A DNA stretch of 64,000 nucleotides from Acutalibacteraceae bacterium (GTDB taxonomy: Bacteria; Bacillota; Clostridia; Oscillospirales; Acutalibacteraceae), in contig JAZORF010000002.1 of NCBI GenBank assembly GCA_045656545.1, positions 11,072 through 75,071 on the forward strand. Direction: 5' to 3'. The translations under genes and the position numbers were made by a program. The notes below the pieces were generated by a model. That model was not told where the DNA came from and did no database searches. It worked only from the letters and a program-made list of their open reading frames with translations. This document shows, one piece after another, positions 19,609-27,951 of the stretch (its first letter is position 1; each line of letters begins with the position of its first letter).

Positions 19609-20659
19609 GCGGCTTTTGGCGGTGATAAACAGCGCCGCAGACTTTGACGGAGTGCTTATAACCTGTGAGACTCAGCGCCGCTACCTTACTGGCTTTGAGT
19701 CGGGGGATGCAGGGGTGCTTGTTATCACTCCAAAGGGCGCCACGTTTGTAATTGACGGCAGATATTTCGAGTTGGCAGAAAAACAAGCGGCGGTACCCGT
19801 TCTGTTACAAGAAAACCTCTATGAGCAAATAAAAGATTTGCTTGCAGACTGCAAAAGGGTAGCAGTTCAGTCGGGTATCACCCTTGCTCAGTTTGAATTT
19901 ATGAAAAGCAAGTTGGATGGCATCGAGCTTGCACCTTGCGAGGCTGTTGATAAAGTTTTAAGAGAAATGGCTCGCATAAAAACTGATGATGAGCTTAATG
20001 CTATAATCAAGGCACAACGAATTGCCGAGTTGGCATTTGACCATATTTTAGGCTTTATTAAAGAGGGCGTAACCGACATTGAAATTGCCGCAGAGCTTGA
20101 ATATGTGATGCGCAAAAAGGGTGCTGAGGCTATGTCTTTTGATACCATTGCGGTGTCGGGTGCCAATTCAAGCGTGCCTCACGGCGTACCTACTGCCAAA
20201 AAGGTTTCGGCAGGGGATTTTGTAACAATGGATTTTGGCGCAGTGGTTAACGGTTGCCATAGCGATATGACCCGTACCGTTGCAGTTGGCTTTGCAACCG
20301 ATGAAATGAAGCAGGTTTACAACACAGTTTTGTCGGCACAAATAAAAGCCCTTGATGGCATCAAGGCAGGCGTGCCCTGCAGTCAGATTGACCGTCTTGC
20401 CCGAGATGTGATTTCGACGGCAGGCTATGGGGAATATTTTACTCATTCAACAGGTCACGGCGTAGGGTATGAAATTCACGAAGCCCCAAATCTGTCACAA
20501 AAATCAGAACAAATACTTAAAGTGGGCGATGTGGTCACCGTTGAACCGGGCATTTATTTGCCTGCCAGGATGGGTGTTCGCATAGAAGATATGGCATTTG
20601 TCACTGAAAATGGGTGCAAAAACCTGACAAAATCACCCAAAGAGCTTATAATTGTTTAA
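19601..20659 (+). CDS. pepP: M24-family Xaa-Pro aminopeptidase
   Basis: ATG 19601 overlaps the aroQ stop. 'HSTGHGVGYEIHE' metal-binding motif. aroQ-pepP-efp synteny as in Bacillus. Confidence 0.9.
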   Translation: MNERLLAVINSAADFDGVLITCETQRRYLTGFESGDAGVLVITPKGATFVIDGRYFELAEKQAAVPVLLQENLYEQIKDLLADCKRVAVQSGITLAQFEFMKSKLDGIELAPCEAVDKVLREMARIKTDDELNAIIKAQRIAELAFDHILGFIKEGVTDIEIAAELEYVMRKKGAEAMSFDTIAVSGANSSVPHGVPTAKKVSAGDFVTMDFGAVVNGCHSDMTRTVAVGFATDEMKQVYNTVLSAQIKALDGIKAGVPCSQIDRLARDVISTAGYGEYFTHSTGHGVGYEIHEAPNLSQKSEQILKVGDVVTVEPGIYLPARMGVRIEDMAFVTENGCKNLTKSPKELIIV

Positions 20660-20675
20660 AAATGTTAAAAAGTGC

Positions 20676-20704
20676 TTGAAATATTGGCGCAAATGTAATA
20701 GAAT
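20676..20704 (+). promoter_or_regulatory. Sigma-A-type promoter for efp
   Basis: TTGAAA, 17-nt spacer, TAGAAT. Confidence 0.55.
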
Positions 20705-20811
20705 ATATTAGTAAAATATAAGAGGGCTTGTGCTTGTTCGCAACACCACGCCGACGGAGTGCGGTTGCGGTGCACCTGTTTTCCTCTCCGTCGGAGAAAT
20801 GGAGACAAAAA

Positions 20812-21369
20812 ATGATTTCAGCAGGCGATTTTCGTAATGGCGTAACCTTTGAAATGGATGGTAACGTTTATCAGATTATTGAGTTCCAACACGTTAAGCC
20901 CGGTAAAGGTGCCGCATTTGTTCGCACCAAAATCCGCAATGTAATTGCAGGCAGCGTTGTTGAAAAGACCTTCAACCCCAACGACAAGTTCCCCACCGCT
21001 TTTGTTGAGCGCAAGGATATGGAGTATTCTTATGCAGATGGCGGTCTGTACTACTTTATGGACCTTGAGTCATACGAGCTTATTCCTATTAACGAGACCG
21101 AACTTAGCGACAACTTTAAGTTTGTTAAAGAGAATATGGTTTGCAAGGTACTCTCTTACAAGGGCAATGTTTTCGGCGTTGAGCCTCCCACATTTGTTGA
21201 GCTTGAAGTTACCCACACCGAGCCTGGTGTAAAGGGCGACACCGCTACCAATGCAACCAAGCCCGCAACTGTCGAGACCGGTGCCGAGGTTCGCGTACCC
21301 CTCTTTATTAACGAGGGCGAGAAGATTCGTATCGACACCCGCACAGGCGAGTATATGGAGCGCGCATAA
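20812..21369 (+). CDS. efp: Elongation factor P
   Basis: ORF 20728..21369 trimmed to ATG 20812 after GGAGAC. '[19 protein letters not shown]'. Confidence 0.95.
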   Translation: MISAGDFRNGVTFEMDGNVYQIIEFQHVKPGKGAAFVRTKIRNVIAGSVVEKTFNPNDKFPTAFVERKDMEYSYADGGLYYFMDLESYELIPINETELSDNFKFVKENMVCKVLSYKGNVFGVEPPTFVELEVTHTEPGVKGDTATNATKPATVETGAEVRVPLFINEGEKIRIDTRTGEYMERA

Positions 21370-21395
21370 TTTAATTACCGAAAGGACGGCTTACT

Positions 21396-21815
21396 ATGAA
21401 TTTGACTGAAAAAGCCTCTTATATCAAGGGCCTTGCCGAAGGTATGAAGGTAGACGCTACCGACAACACCGGCAAACTTATCCTTGCTCTTATCGATGTT
21501 ATTGACGATATGTCTCTCACCATCAGCGACCTTGAGGACGAGGTTGCCGCATTGACTGAGCAGATTGATGCTGTTGATGAGGATTTGTCACTTCTTGAGG
21601 ACGATTATTACGAAGAGTACGATGAAGATGACGAATGGGACGATGACGACGAGTATTACTACGACGATGACGAGCAGTTTTTTGAAGTAGAGTGCCCCGA
21701 GTGTCACGACAATATCATACTTGATGAAGAAATGGTTGCAGAGGGTAGTATCAAGTGCCCCAACTGCGGCGTAAACATCGAGTTTGAGATGGACGAAGAC
21801 GAGGACGAAGATTAA
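21396..21815 (+). CDS. Acidic zinc-ribbon protein (CD1247 N-terminal-domain type)
   Basis: 139 aa. Asp/Glu-rich centre and C-terminal 'CPECHD...CPNCG' zinc ribbon. Confidence 0.7.
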   Translation: MNLTEKASYIKGLAEGMKVDATDNTGKLILALIDVIDDMSLTISDLEDEVAALTEQIDAVDEDLSLLEDDYYEEYDEDDEWDDDDEYYYDDDEQFFEVECPECHDNIILDEEMVAEGSIKCPNCGVNIEFEMDEDEDED

Positions 21816-21868
21816 TATCAAAAATCAAACCCACCGCAAGATCGCGGTGGGTTTCAGACTGTCGATAA

Positions 21869-21898
21869 ACAGCGAAGTTTTTACTTCGCTGTTTTTTT
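21869..21898 (+). terminator. Intrinsic terminator; the second of two tandem hairpins (first at 21830-21851)
   Basis: 10-bp stem ACAGCGAAGT/ACTTCGCTGT with a TTTT loop, followed by T6. Confidence 0.85.
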
Positions 21899-22121
21899 AT
21901 GATTACTTCAGAATCAACCGATTCAAAAGGTGAACTATATGTTGGCTTTGTATTGAGACGGATATTAAGCAGACAACTTATTAAGGCGGGTATGGCAGGA
22001 CATAGCCATCTTAATTGCGAAGAAACCCTTGACAACGGCATACCTCAATTCACTACTTACAGTAGTTTTGCCGGATATGTGCGCGAGATAACCATAATCT
22101 AAGAAAAAGAGCAAAATAAAG

Positions 22122-22150
22122 TTGCAATTGTGCAAAAAGTGTGGTATACT
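22122..22150 (+). promoter_or_regulatory. Sigma-A-type promoter for putP
   Basis: TTGCAA, 17-nt spacer, TATACT. Confidence 0.5.
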
Positions 22151-22191
22151 TATTCTAATTTAGCACTTTAATGCACAAAAGGAGAGTTAAA

Positions 22192-23736
22192 ATGGAAATT
22201 TTGGCATTCATAATTTATTTTGCCCTAATGCTTGGAATTGGAATTTTCTTCTTCCTGCGTTCCAATGATGACGGCGAAAAAGAGTACTTTTTAGGCGGTC
22301 GTTCAATGGGACCATGGGTTACTGCAATGAGCGCACAAGCCTCCGATATGTCTGGCTGGCTGCTAATGGGATTCCCCGGCAGCATTTTGGCGTTTGGCTT
22401 GGGTCAGGTGTGGATTGGTATCGGTCTTGCACTTGGTACGGCTGCTAACTGGATTTTTGTAGCAAAGCGTTTGCGCCGCTTTTCAAAGGCTGCAGGTGAC
22501 TCTATCACTTTGCCTCAGTACTTAACCAACCGCTTTATGTCACAAAATCCTGTGCTTAAAATTGTTTGTGCCGTAATATTCTTAATCAGCTTTACTGTTT
22601 ATGTATCATCGGCTTTTGTTGCAGGCAAAAATGTTTTGTGTGCAGTTATTCCTTGGTTTGCAGGTAAAGAGATGTTGGCAATGTTGTTTTTTGCCCTTAT
22701 TATTCTTGTTTACACCTTCCTTGGCGGATACAAGGCGGTTTGCTGGACCGACTTTTTCCAGGGTTTGCTTATGCTTGTTGCCCTTCTTGCAGTGCCGATT
22801 GTTATGGCAAACGGCAACAGTGACCCCTCTCTTGCAGGCGCTTTTGCAGAGGGAGTTAAGCCTTTCGGCACCAACCCCTTCACTGCTCCTTGGCAAGAGA
22901 TTGTAACAGGTCTTTCTTGGGGTCTTGGCTACTTTGGTATGCCTCATATTATTGTTCGCTTTATGGCTATTGAAAAGCCCTCTATGGTTAAAAAATCTGC
23001 AACAGTTGCAATCGTTTGGGTTGTGCTTACCTTGGGTGCCGCCGCCGCAATGGCTATTATCGGCAGAACATATTTGTTTGATGACGGCACTTCTTTGGCA
23101 GCAACACTTCTTTCAAACGGCACACAACAAAACATATTCATTGATGTTGTGCAAAAGATATTCCCCTCATTTATTGCAGGCTTGCTTCTTGCCGCTATCG
23201 TAGCCGCCGCAATGTCTACTGCCGACTCACAACTTCTTGTTGCATCATCATCCTTCACAAGTGATATTTATAAGCCTATGCTTCGTAAAAACAAGGCATC
23301 TGATAAAGAGGTTTTGTGGATTGGCCGTTTGGTTGTTATTGTAGTTTCTGTTGTTGCATTCTTCATTGCCGCATCGGGACTTAACAACACAAGCAGTTGG
23401 GCAAACAGTATTATGTCAATGGTAGAAAATGCATGGGGACTGTTTGGAGCCTCCTTTGGTCCTGTTGTTATTTTGTCACTTTTCTGGCGTCGCTTTAACT
23501 ATGCAGGTGCCGTTTCGGGTATTATTGCAGGTGCTATTGGTGATATTGCTTGGTTGCTCCTTTTCACCGATACAATTATGACTCCTGTTATCGCCGATAC
23601 AGGCGTTTACGAGATATTGCCCGGCTTTATTGTTGGCCTTATCGTATCGGTTGTTGCAACTCTTGCAACCAAGGCTCCCTCTGATGAGGTTGACGCAATA
23701 TTCGCAACTGCAACAGATAAATCAATTGATGACTAA
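22192..23736 (+). CDS. putP: Sodium/proline symporter (SSS family)
   Basis: ORF trimmed to ATG 22192 after AAAGGAGAG. About 13 TM segments. 'YFLGGRSMGPWVTAMSAQASDMSGWLLMGFPG'. Confidence 0.88.
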   Translation: MEILAFIIYFALMLGIGIFFFLRSNDDGEKEYFLGGRSMGPWVTAMSAQASDMSGWLLMGFPGSILAFGLGQVWIGIGLALGTAANWIFVAKRLRRFSKAAGDSITLPQYLTNRFMSQNPVLKIVCAVIFLISFTVYVSSAFVAGKNVLCAVIPWFAGKEMLAMLFFALIILVYTFLGGYKAVCWTDFFQGLLMLVALLAVPIVMANGNSDPSLAGAFAEGVKPFGTNPFTAPWQEIVTGLSWGLGYFGMPHIIVRFMAIEKPSMVKKSATVAIVWVVLTLGAAAAMAIIGRTYLFDDGTSLAATLLSNGTQQNIFIDVVQKIFPSFIAGLLLAAIVAAAMSTADSQLLVASSSFTSDIYKPMLRKNKASDKEVLWIGRLVVIVVSVVAFFIAASGLNNTSSWANSIMSMVENAWGLFGASFGPVVILSLFWRRFNYAGAVSGIIAGAIGDIAWLLLFTDTIMTPVIADTGVYEILPGFIVGLIVSVVATLATKAPSDEVDAIFATATDKSIDD

Positions 23737-23741
23737 AAATG

Positions 23742-23770
23742 TTGACTTTTTAAGGCCAATGTGATATACT
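23742..23770 (+). promoter_or_regulatory. Sigma-A-type promoter for the SCIFF operon
   Basis: TTGACT, 17-nt spacer, TATACT. Confidence 0.55.
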
Positions 23771-23800
23771 CTTTTCAGTTAGATATGGAGGTCAAGTAAT

Positions 23801-23956
23801 ATGAAACACATTAAAACTATTGAAACCCGTAATCTTTGCGAAAGCGCTAAAAAAGGCGGTTGCGGTGAGTGTCAGACTTCTTGCCAGTCTGCTTGCAAGA
23901 CCAGTTGCGGTATTGCAAATCAGCAGTGCGAAAAAACTGCTGAGCAAAGCAAGTAA
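23801..23956 (+). CDS. SCIFF (six-cysteines-in-forty-five) ribosomal peptide precursor
   Basis: Not in the ORF track (51 aa). My translation is MKHIKTIETRNLCESAKKGGCGECQTSCQSACKTSCGIANQQCEKTAEQSK. GGAGG lies 9 nt upstream. The 'GGCGECQTSCQSACKTSC' core is the SCIFF hallmark. The maturase gene follows immediately. Confidence 0.9.
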   Translation: MKHIKTIETRNLCESAKKGGCGECQTSCQSACKTSCGIANQQCEKTAEQSK

Positions 23957-23968
23957 TTAACAAAGGAT

Positions 23969-23996
23969 AAAATGCCGCCTATGGCGGCATTTTTTC
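23969..23996 (+). terminator. Hairpin plus T5 between the SCIFF precursor and maturase genes (putative partial terminator)
   Basis: 8-bp stem ATGCCGCC/GGCGGCAT (23972-23979 / 23983-23990), 3-nt loop, TTTTT. Lies 19 nt before the maturase ATG. Confidence 0.65.
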
Positions 23997-24014
23997 ATAA
24001 AAGAGGGATATTTA

Positions 24015-25391
24015 ATGATTCATCAGTATAAATTGGGCGGCTATAATATTGTGCTTGATATATGCTCAGGTTCGGTCCACGCCGTTGACGATGTAGCCTA
24101 CGATATTATCGCGTTGTACGAAAGCCAATCCCGTGACGAGATTATCACCGCTATGGCTAAAAAATACGAGGGTGACCAAGGCATCACAAAGGCAGATGTT
24201 GAGGAGTGTTACGACCAGGTAACCACCCTTAAAGATATGGGCAAACTTTTTACTCCCGATACCTTTGAGCCTATGGCAGACACTCTTAAGAAAAAGACGG
24301 CAGGGGTTGTTAAGGCTTTGTGTCTTCACATTGCTCACACCTGCAATCTTAACTGTGCCTACTGTTTTGCCAGTCAGGGCAAATATCACGGCGAGCGCGC
24401 CCTTATGAGTTATGAGGTGGGCAAGCAAGCCCTTGATTTTCTTGTTGCCAATTCAGGCAACCGCCACAATCTTGAGGTTGACTTTTTCGGTGGCGAGCCG
24501 CTAATGAATTTTGACGTTGTCAAGCAACTTGTGGCATACGCCCGCTCTATTGAAAAGGAGTATAACAAGAATTTCCGCTTTACCCTTACCACAAACGGCG
24601 TGCTTATTGATGACGATGTTATTGACTTTGCCAATAAGGAAATGAGCAATGTTGTGCTGAGCCTTGACGGTCGAAAAGAGGCGCATGACCGCTTCAGAGT
24701 AGACTATGCAGGCAACGGCAGTTACGATAATATTGTGCCTAAATTCCAAAAGTTAGTGGCGGCTCGCGGCGGCAAAAATTACTATATGCGCGGCACCTTT
24801 ACCCACCACAACCCCGACTTTTTGGGAGATATTAAGCAAATGCTTGACCTAGGATTTAACGAGCTTAGTATGGAGCCTGTTGTGTGTGCATCAGGTGACC
24901 CCTCGGAATTAACCGAAGCCGACAAGAAAATTGTTCTTGACCAATACGAAAAGTTGGCAGAACTTATGATAAAGCGGGATAAAGAGGGCAAACCATTCAC
25001 CTTCTATCACTATATGATTGACCTTAAGGGCGGCCCTTGTGTTTATAAGCGTATTTCGGGTTGCGGCTCAGGTACTGAGTATATGGCAGTTACCCCGTGG
25101 GGTGATTTGTACCCTTGCCATCAGTTCGTTGGTGACGATAAATATTTGCTTGGCAATGTTTTTGACGGAGTCAAGAACACCGCTATTCAGGACGAGTTTT
25201 TAAAGTGCAATGTTTATTCCCGCAAGGAATGTCAGGACTGTTGGGCAAAACTTTATTGTTCAGGCGGATGCGCCGCCAATGCATATCACGCCACAGGCTC
25301 TGTAAACGGCGTGTATGAGTACGGATGTGACCTATTCCGCAAACGAATGGAATGTGCCATAATGGTGGCAGTCGACAGGGAATTAAGATGA
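24015..25391 (+). CDS. SCIFF radical-SAM/SPASM thioether-forming maturase
   Basis: 458 aa. 'CNLNCAYC' CX3CX2C motif. C-terminal SPASM Cys clusters 'CGSGTEYMAV..YPCHQF' and 'CQDCWAKLYCSGGC'. Confidence 0.92.
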   Translation: MIHQYKLGGYNIVLDICSGSVHAVDDVAYDIIALYESQSRDEIITAMAKKYEGDQGITKADVEECYDQVTTLKDMGKLFTPDTFEPMADTLKKKTAGVVKALCLHIAHTCNLNCAYCFASQGKYHGERALMSYEVGKQALDFLVANSGNRHNLEVDFFGGEPLMNFDVVKQLVAYARSIEKEYNKNFRFTLTTNGVLIDDDVIDFANKEMSNVVLSLDGRKEAHDRFRVDYAGNGSYDNIVPKFQKLVAARGGKNYYMRGTFTHHNPDFLGDIKQMLDLGFNELSMEPVVCASGDPSELTEADKKIVLDQYEKLAELMIKRDKEGKPFTFYHYMIDLKGGPCVYKRISGCGSGTEYMAVTPWGDLYPCHQFVGDDKYLLGNVFDGVKNTAIQDEFLKCNVYSRKECQDCWAKLYCSGGCAANAYHATGSVNGVYEYGCDLFRKRMECAIMVAVDRELR

Positions 25392-26743
25392 TGAACACAC
25401 CTATTTGTGATTTTGTCAAAACCTACGCTAAACATAATAAAATAAGAATGCATATGCCGGGGCACAAGGGTGTCGACTATCTTGGTTTTGAAACCTTTGA
25501 TATAACCGAGATTACGGGTGCCGACAGTCTGTACGAGGCAAAGGGTATCATTGCCAAAAGTGAAACTAATGCAAGCACTCTTTTCGGATGTCCCACCTTT
25601 TATTCTACCGAGGGCTCGTCACATTGTATAAAAGCAATGCTTTATCTTTGCCTTTTAAATGCAAAGCAAAAGGGACTAAGTCCAACTGTACTTGCAGGCA
25701 GAAATGCTCACAAAACCTTTGTAAGCGCTGCCGCATTGCTTGATTTTGATGTTCAGTGGATTTATCCCAACGAAAAGGAGTCTTATCTTGCTTGCACTGT
25801 TACACCTGAAAAGGTAGCAGAGACGCTTTCCTCAATGGATAATACACCTGCCGCAGTTTATATCACTAGCCCCGATTATCTTGGTAATGTTGCCGATATT
25901 AAGGGAATAGCAGAGGTGTGCCACAAGTTTGGCACTCTTTTTGTTGTTGACAATGCCCATGGCGCCTATCTTAAATTTTTAGAGCCTTCTCAGCACCCAA
26001 TGGATTTGGGTGCAGATATATGTTGCGACTCGGCGCATAAAACGTTGCCCGTCCTCACAGGTGGTGCCTATTTGCATATATCGAAAGATTTGAATATTCT
26101 TTCTGCTAACGTCAAGAACGCCCTTGCACTTTTTGGATCCACAAGCCCGTCATATTTGATTTTGCAGTCACTTGATATGGCAAACAAGGTGATAAGTGAG
26201 TTCTATGCAGAGAGACTTGCCTTGGCGGTTAAAAGTGTTAAAGACTTAAAGCAAAACCTTTCTCAAAAGGGCTATACCCTTGTGGGTAACGAGGTGATGA
26301 AAATCACCCTTGATGCCAAAGTCTACGGCTACCCAGGGGATGAACTTGCGAAAATCCTTGCAGAGAAGGGAATAGAGTGTGAGTTTGCCGACAGTGATTA
26401 TCTTGTGCTAATGCCATCGGCTGATACAACGGCCGACCAATTTGCACAGATTGAAAAGATTATGACAGACATACCTCAAAAATCGCCTATTTTGACCTGC
26501 GCGCCCAACTTTGCTTTACCAAGTCAGATTATGACTGTGCGAACTGCAACCTTGTCTGCGACAGAAATATTGCCTCTTTCGCAGTGTGAGGGCAGAGTGC
26601 TGGCTCAACCTACTGTATCTTGTCCACCTGCAGTGCCGATTTTGGTAAGCGGCGAATTGATTGATAAAGATGCAATAAAGCGTTTTGAGTATTACGGAAT
26701 TAAAAATTTAACAGTTGTAAAAGTAAAAATCCCCTTAACTTAA
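25388..26743 (+). CDS. Orn/Lys/Arg decarboxylase-family PLP enzyme (YaaO-like)
   Basis: ORF trimmed to ATG 25388 (ATGATGA overlap with the maturase stop). 'MHMPGHKG' N-terminal motif and 'DSAHKTLP' PLP-lysine motif. Confidence 0.85.
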   Translation: MMNTPICDFVKTYAKHNKIRMHMPGHKGVDYLGFETFDITEITGADSLYEAKGIIAKSETNASTLFGCPTFYSTEGSSHCIKAMLYLCLLNAKQKGLSPTVLAGRNAHKTFVSAAALLDFDVQWIYPNEKESYLACTVTPEKVAETLSSMDNTPAAVYITSPDYLGNVADIKGIAEVCHKFGTLFVVDNAHGAYLKFLEPSQHPMDLGADICCDSAHKTLPVLTGGAYLHISKDLNILSANVKNALALFGSTSPSYLILQSLDMANKVISEFYAERLALAVKSVKDLKQNLSQKGYTLVGNEVMKITLDAKVYGYPGDELAKILAEKGIECEFADSDYLVLMPSADTTADQFAQIEKIMTDIPQKSPILTCAPNFALPSQIMTVRTATLSATEILPLSQCEGRVLAQPTVSCPPAVPILVSGELIDKDAIKRFEYYGIKNLTVVKVKIPLT

Positions 26744-26750
26744 ACACTTT

Positions 26751-27626
26751 TTAAGATGCTTGTTTTTTGCCCTCTTTAAGTTGCACAAAAATTCCAAGCA
26801 CAATTATGGCAAGACCTAGCACCGACCAAGGATTTATAGGCTCTTTTAAGAATAGCGCAGTCCATACCAGTGATAAAAATGGGGTGATATAAGCAAGGTT
26901 AGATATCTTTGCCGTTTTGCCTGAATCAAGTGCCAATGCCCAAGTGACAGTAGCGATTGCCATAACAGAAAACCCATTCCAACCGAGCCCTAATCCTTGC
27001 AGTAAATTGATGGTCATATCAGTACCCATAGCAAGATTTATAATCAGACTAAGCCCAAATGCCGAAATAAAAGACAACATAAGGGAAACAAATTTATCAT
27101 AGTGCCACTTTTGGTTAAGAGCAGTAAAAAGTCCGTATGATACTGCCGCACCAATGCAAAGAAGCATACCAAACAGTGTTTGCACATTAAAATGTGAAAG
27201 TTCACCGCCTGCAACGGTAATAACACCTAAAAACGACATAGCAATGGCGATGATTTTGCGAGGTTTAAACTTTTCTTTAAGCAAAACGCAAGCAAAAACC
27301 ACACTCATAATGGGCCACAGATAGTTGATGATAAAGGCCTGAGAGGCGAGCATCCTGTCGGTGCCTAAATATAAAAAGACATAATAAAAGAAAGTGCCGG
27401 GAAGCCCTATAAGAATTATCGTTATGTAGTCCTTTAATTTGTAAGTTTTAAGAACAGACAGTCGCTTGGTAAAAAGGTTAACAATAAGCAGTGTTACCGC
27501 TGCAAAAAATGCGCTTATACAAAGCACCTTGTAACTGTTCATTGTGCCAAGCAGTAATTTTGAAACGGTTGCAAGGCTTGACCAAAGCAGAATGGAAATT
27601 CCAGCATAAAAGTAAGTTTTTTTCAT
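26751..27626 (-). CDS. DMT-superfamily (EamA-type) transporter
   Basis: ORF trimmed to ATG 27626. About 10 TM segments with two EamA-like halves. Confidence 0.8.
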   Translation of the reverse strand: MKKTYFYAGISILLWSSLATVSKLLLGTMNSYKVLCISAFFAAVTLLIVNLFTKRLSVLKTYKLKDYITIILIGLPGTFFYYVFLYLGTDRMLASQAFIINYLWPIMSVVFACVLLKEKFKPRKIIAIAMSFLGVITVAGGELSHFNVQTLFGMLLCIGAAVSYGLFTALNQKWHYDKFVSLMLSFISAFGLSLIINLAMGTDMTINLLQGLGLGWNGFSVMAIATVTWALALDSGKTAKISNLAYITPFLSLVWTALFLKEPINPWSVLGLAIIVLGIFVQLKEGKKQAS

Positions 27627-27701
27627 AACACAAGTCCTGTTCTTTTTATTTGATGCCGATAACTTCAAAAACAGTATAGCATATTAAAATATTATTTCAA
27701 T

Positions 27702-27733
27702 AAAAAAACGGCCATATTTTTGGCCGTTTTTTA
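27702..27733 (-). terminator. Bidirectional intrinsic terminator ending the 31085-to-27765 minus-strand operon
   Basis: A7-ACGGCCA-tatttt-TGGCCGT-T5. U-runs on both strands. Confidence 0.8.
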
Positions 27734-27764
27734 TGAATGTGGGTTAAATATTTTGCTTTATTTT

Positions 27765-27928
27765 TTACAAATAAATAATAAGTTTTCTTGCAAGATAATT
27801 CCAAGCAAAAACCATAACAGTGGCTATTACCTTTGACAGCATATAGTGTTGATTAAATCAGGCGGTTATAACACTATAATCAGTTCTGTTATGCTCAAAC
27901 CTACCACGCTAATAACTGAAAACACCTA
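27765..27928 (-). pseudogene. GtrA-family membrane protein remnant (C-terminal half, frame-disrupted)
   Basis: My translation of the minus strand gives 'VFSVISVVGLSITELIIVL*', then in another frame 'MLSKVIATVMVFAWNYLARKLIIYL*'. The latter matches the GtrA C-terminal pattern (..AT..V..WN[FY]....). There is no room for the N-terminal half. Confidence 0.4.
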
Positions 27929-27951
27929 AAGAGGATTTACCCTTACTTCGT

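Noticed and set aside
20728-20811. 28-codon N-terminal extension of efp in the ORF track.
   Set aside because: It starts at a non-ATG codon inside the structured leader. EF-P family proteins begin at 'MISAGDF', which has its own RBS.
21899-22102. 67-aa ORF in the efp-putP intergenic region.
   Set aside because: It has no Shine-Dalgarno, starts inside the terminator T-run, and shows no recognisable motif.
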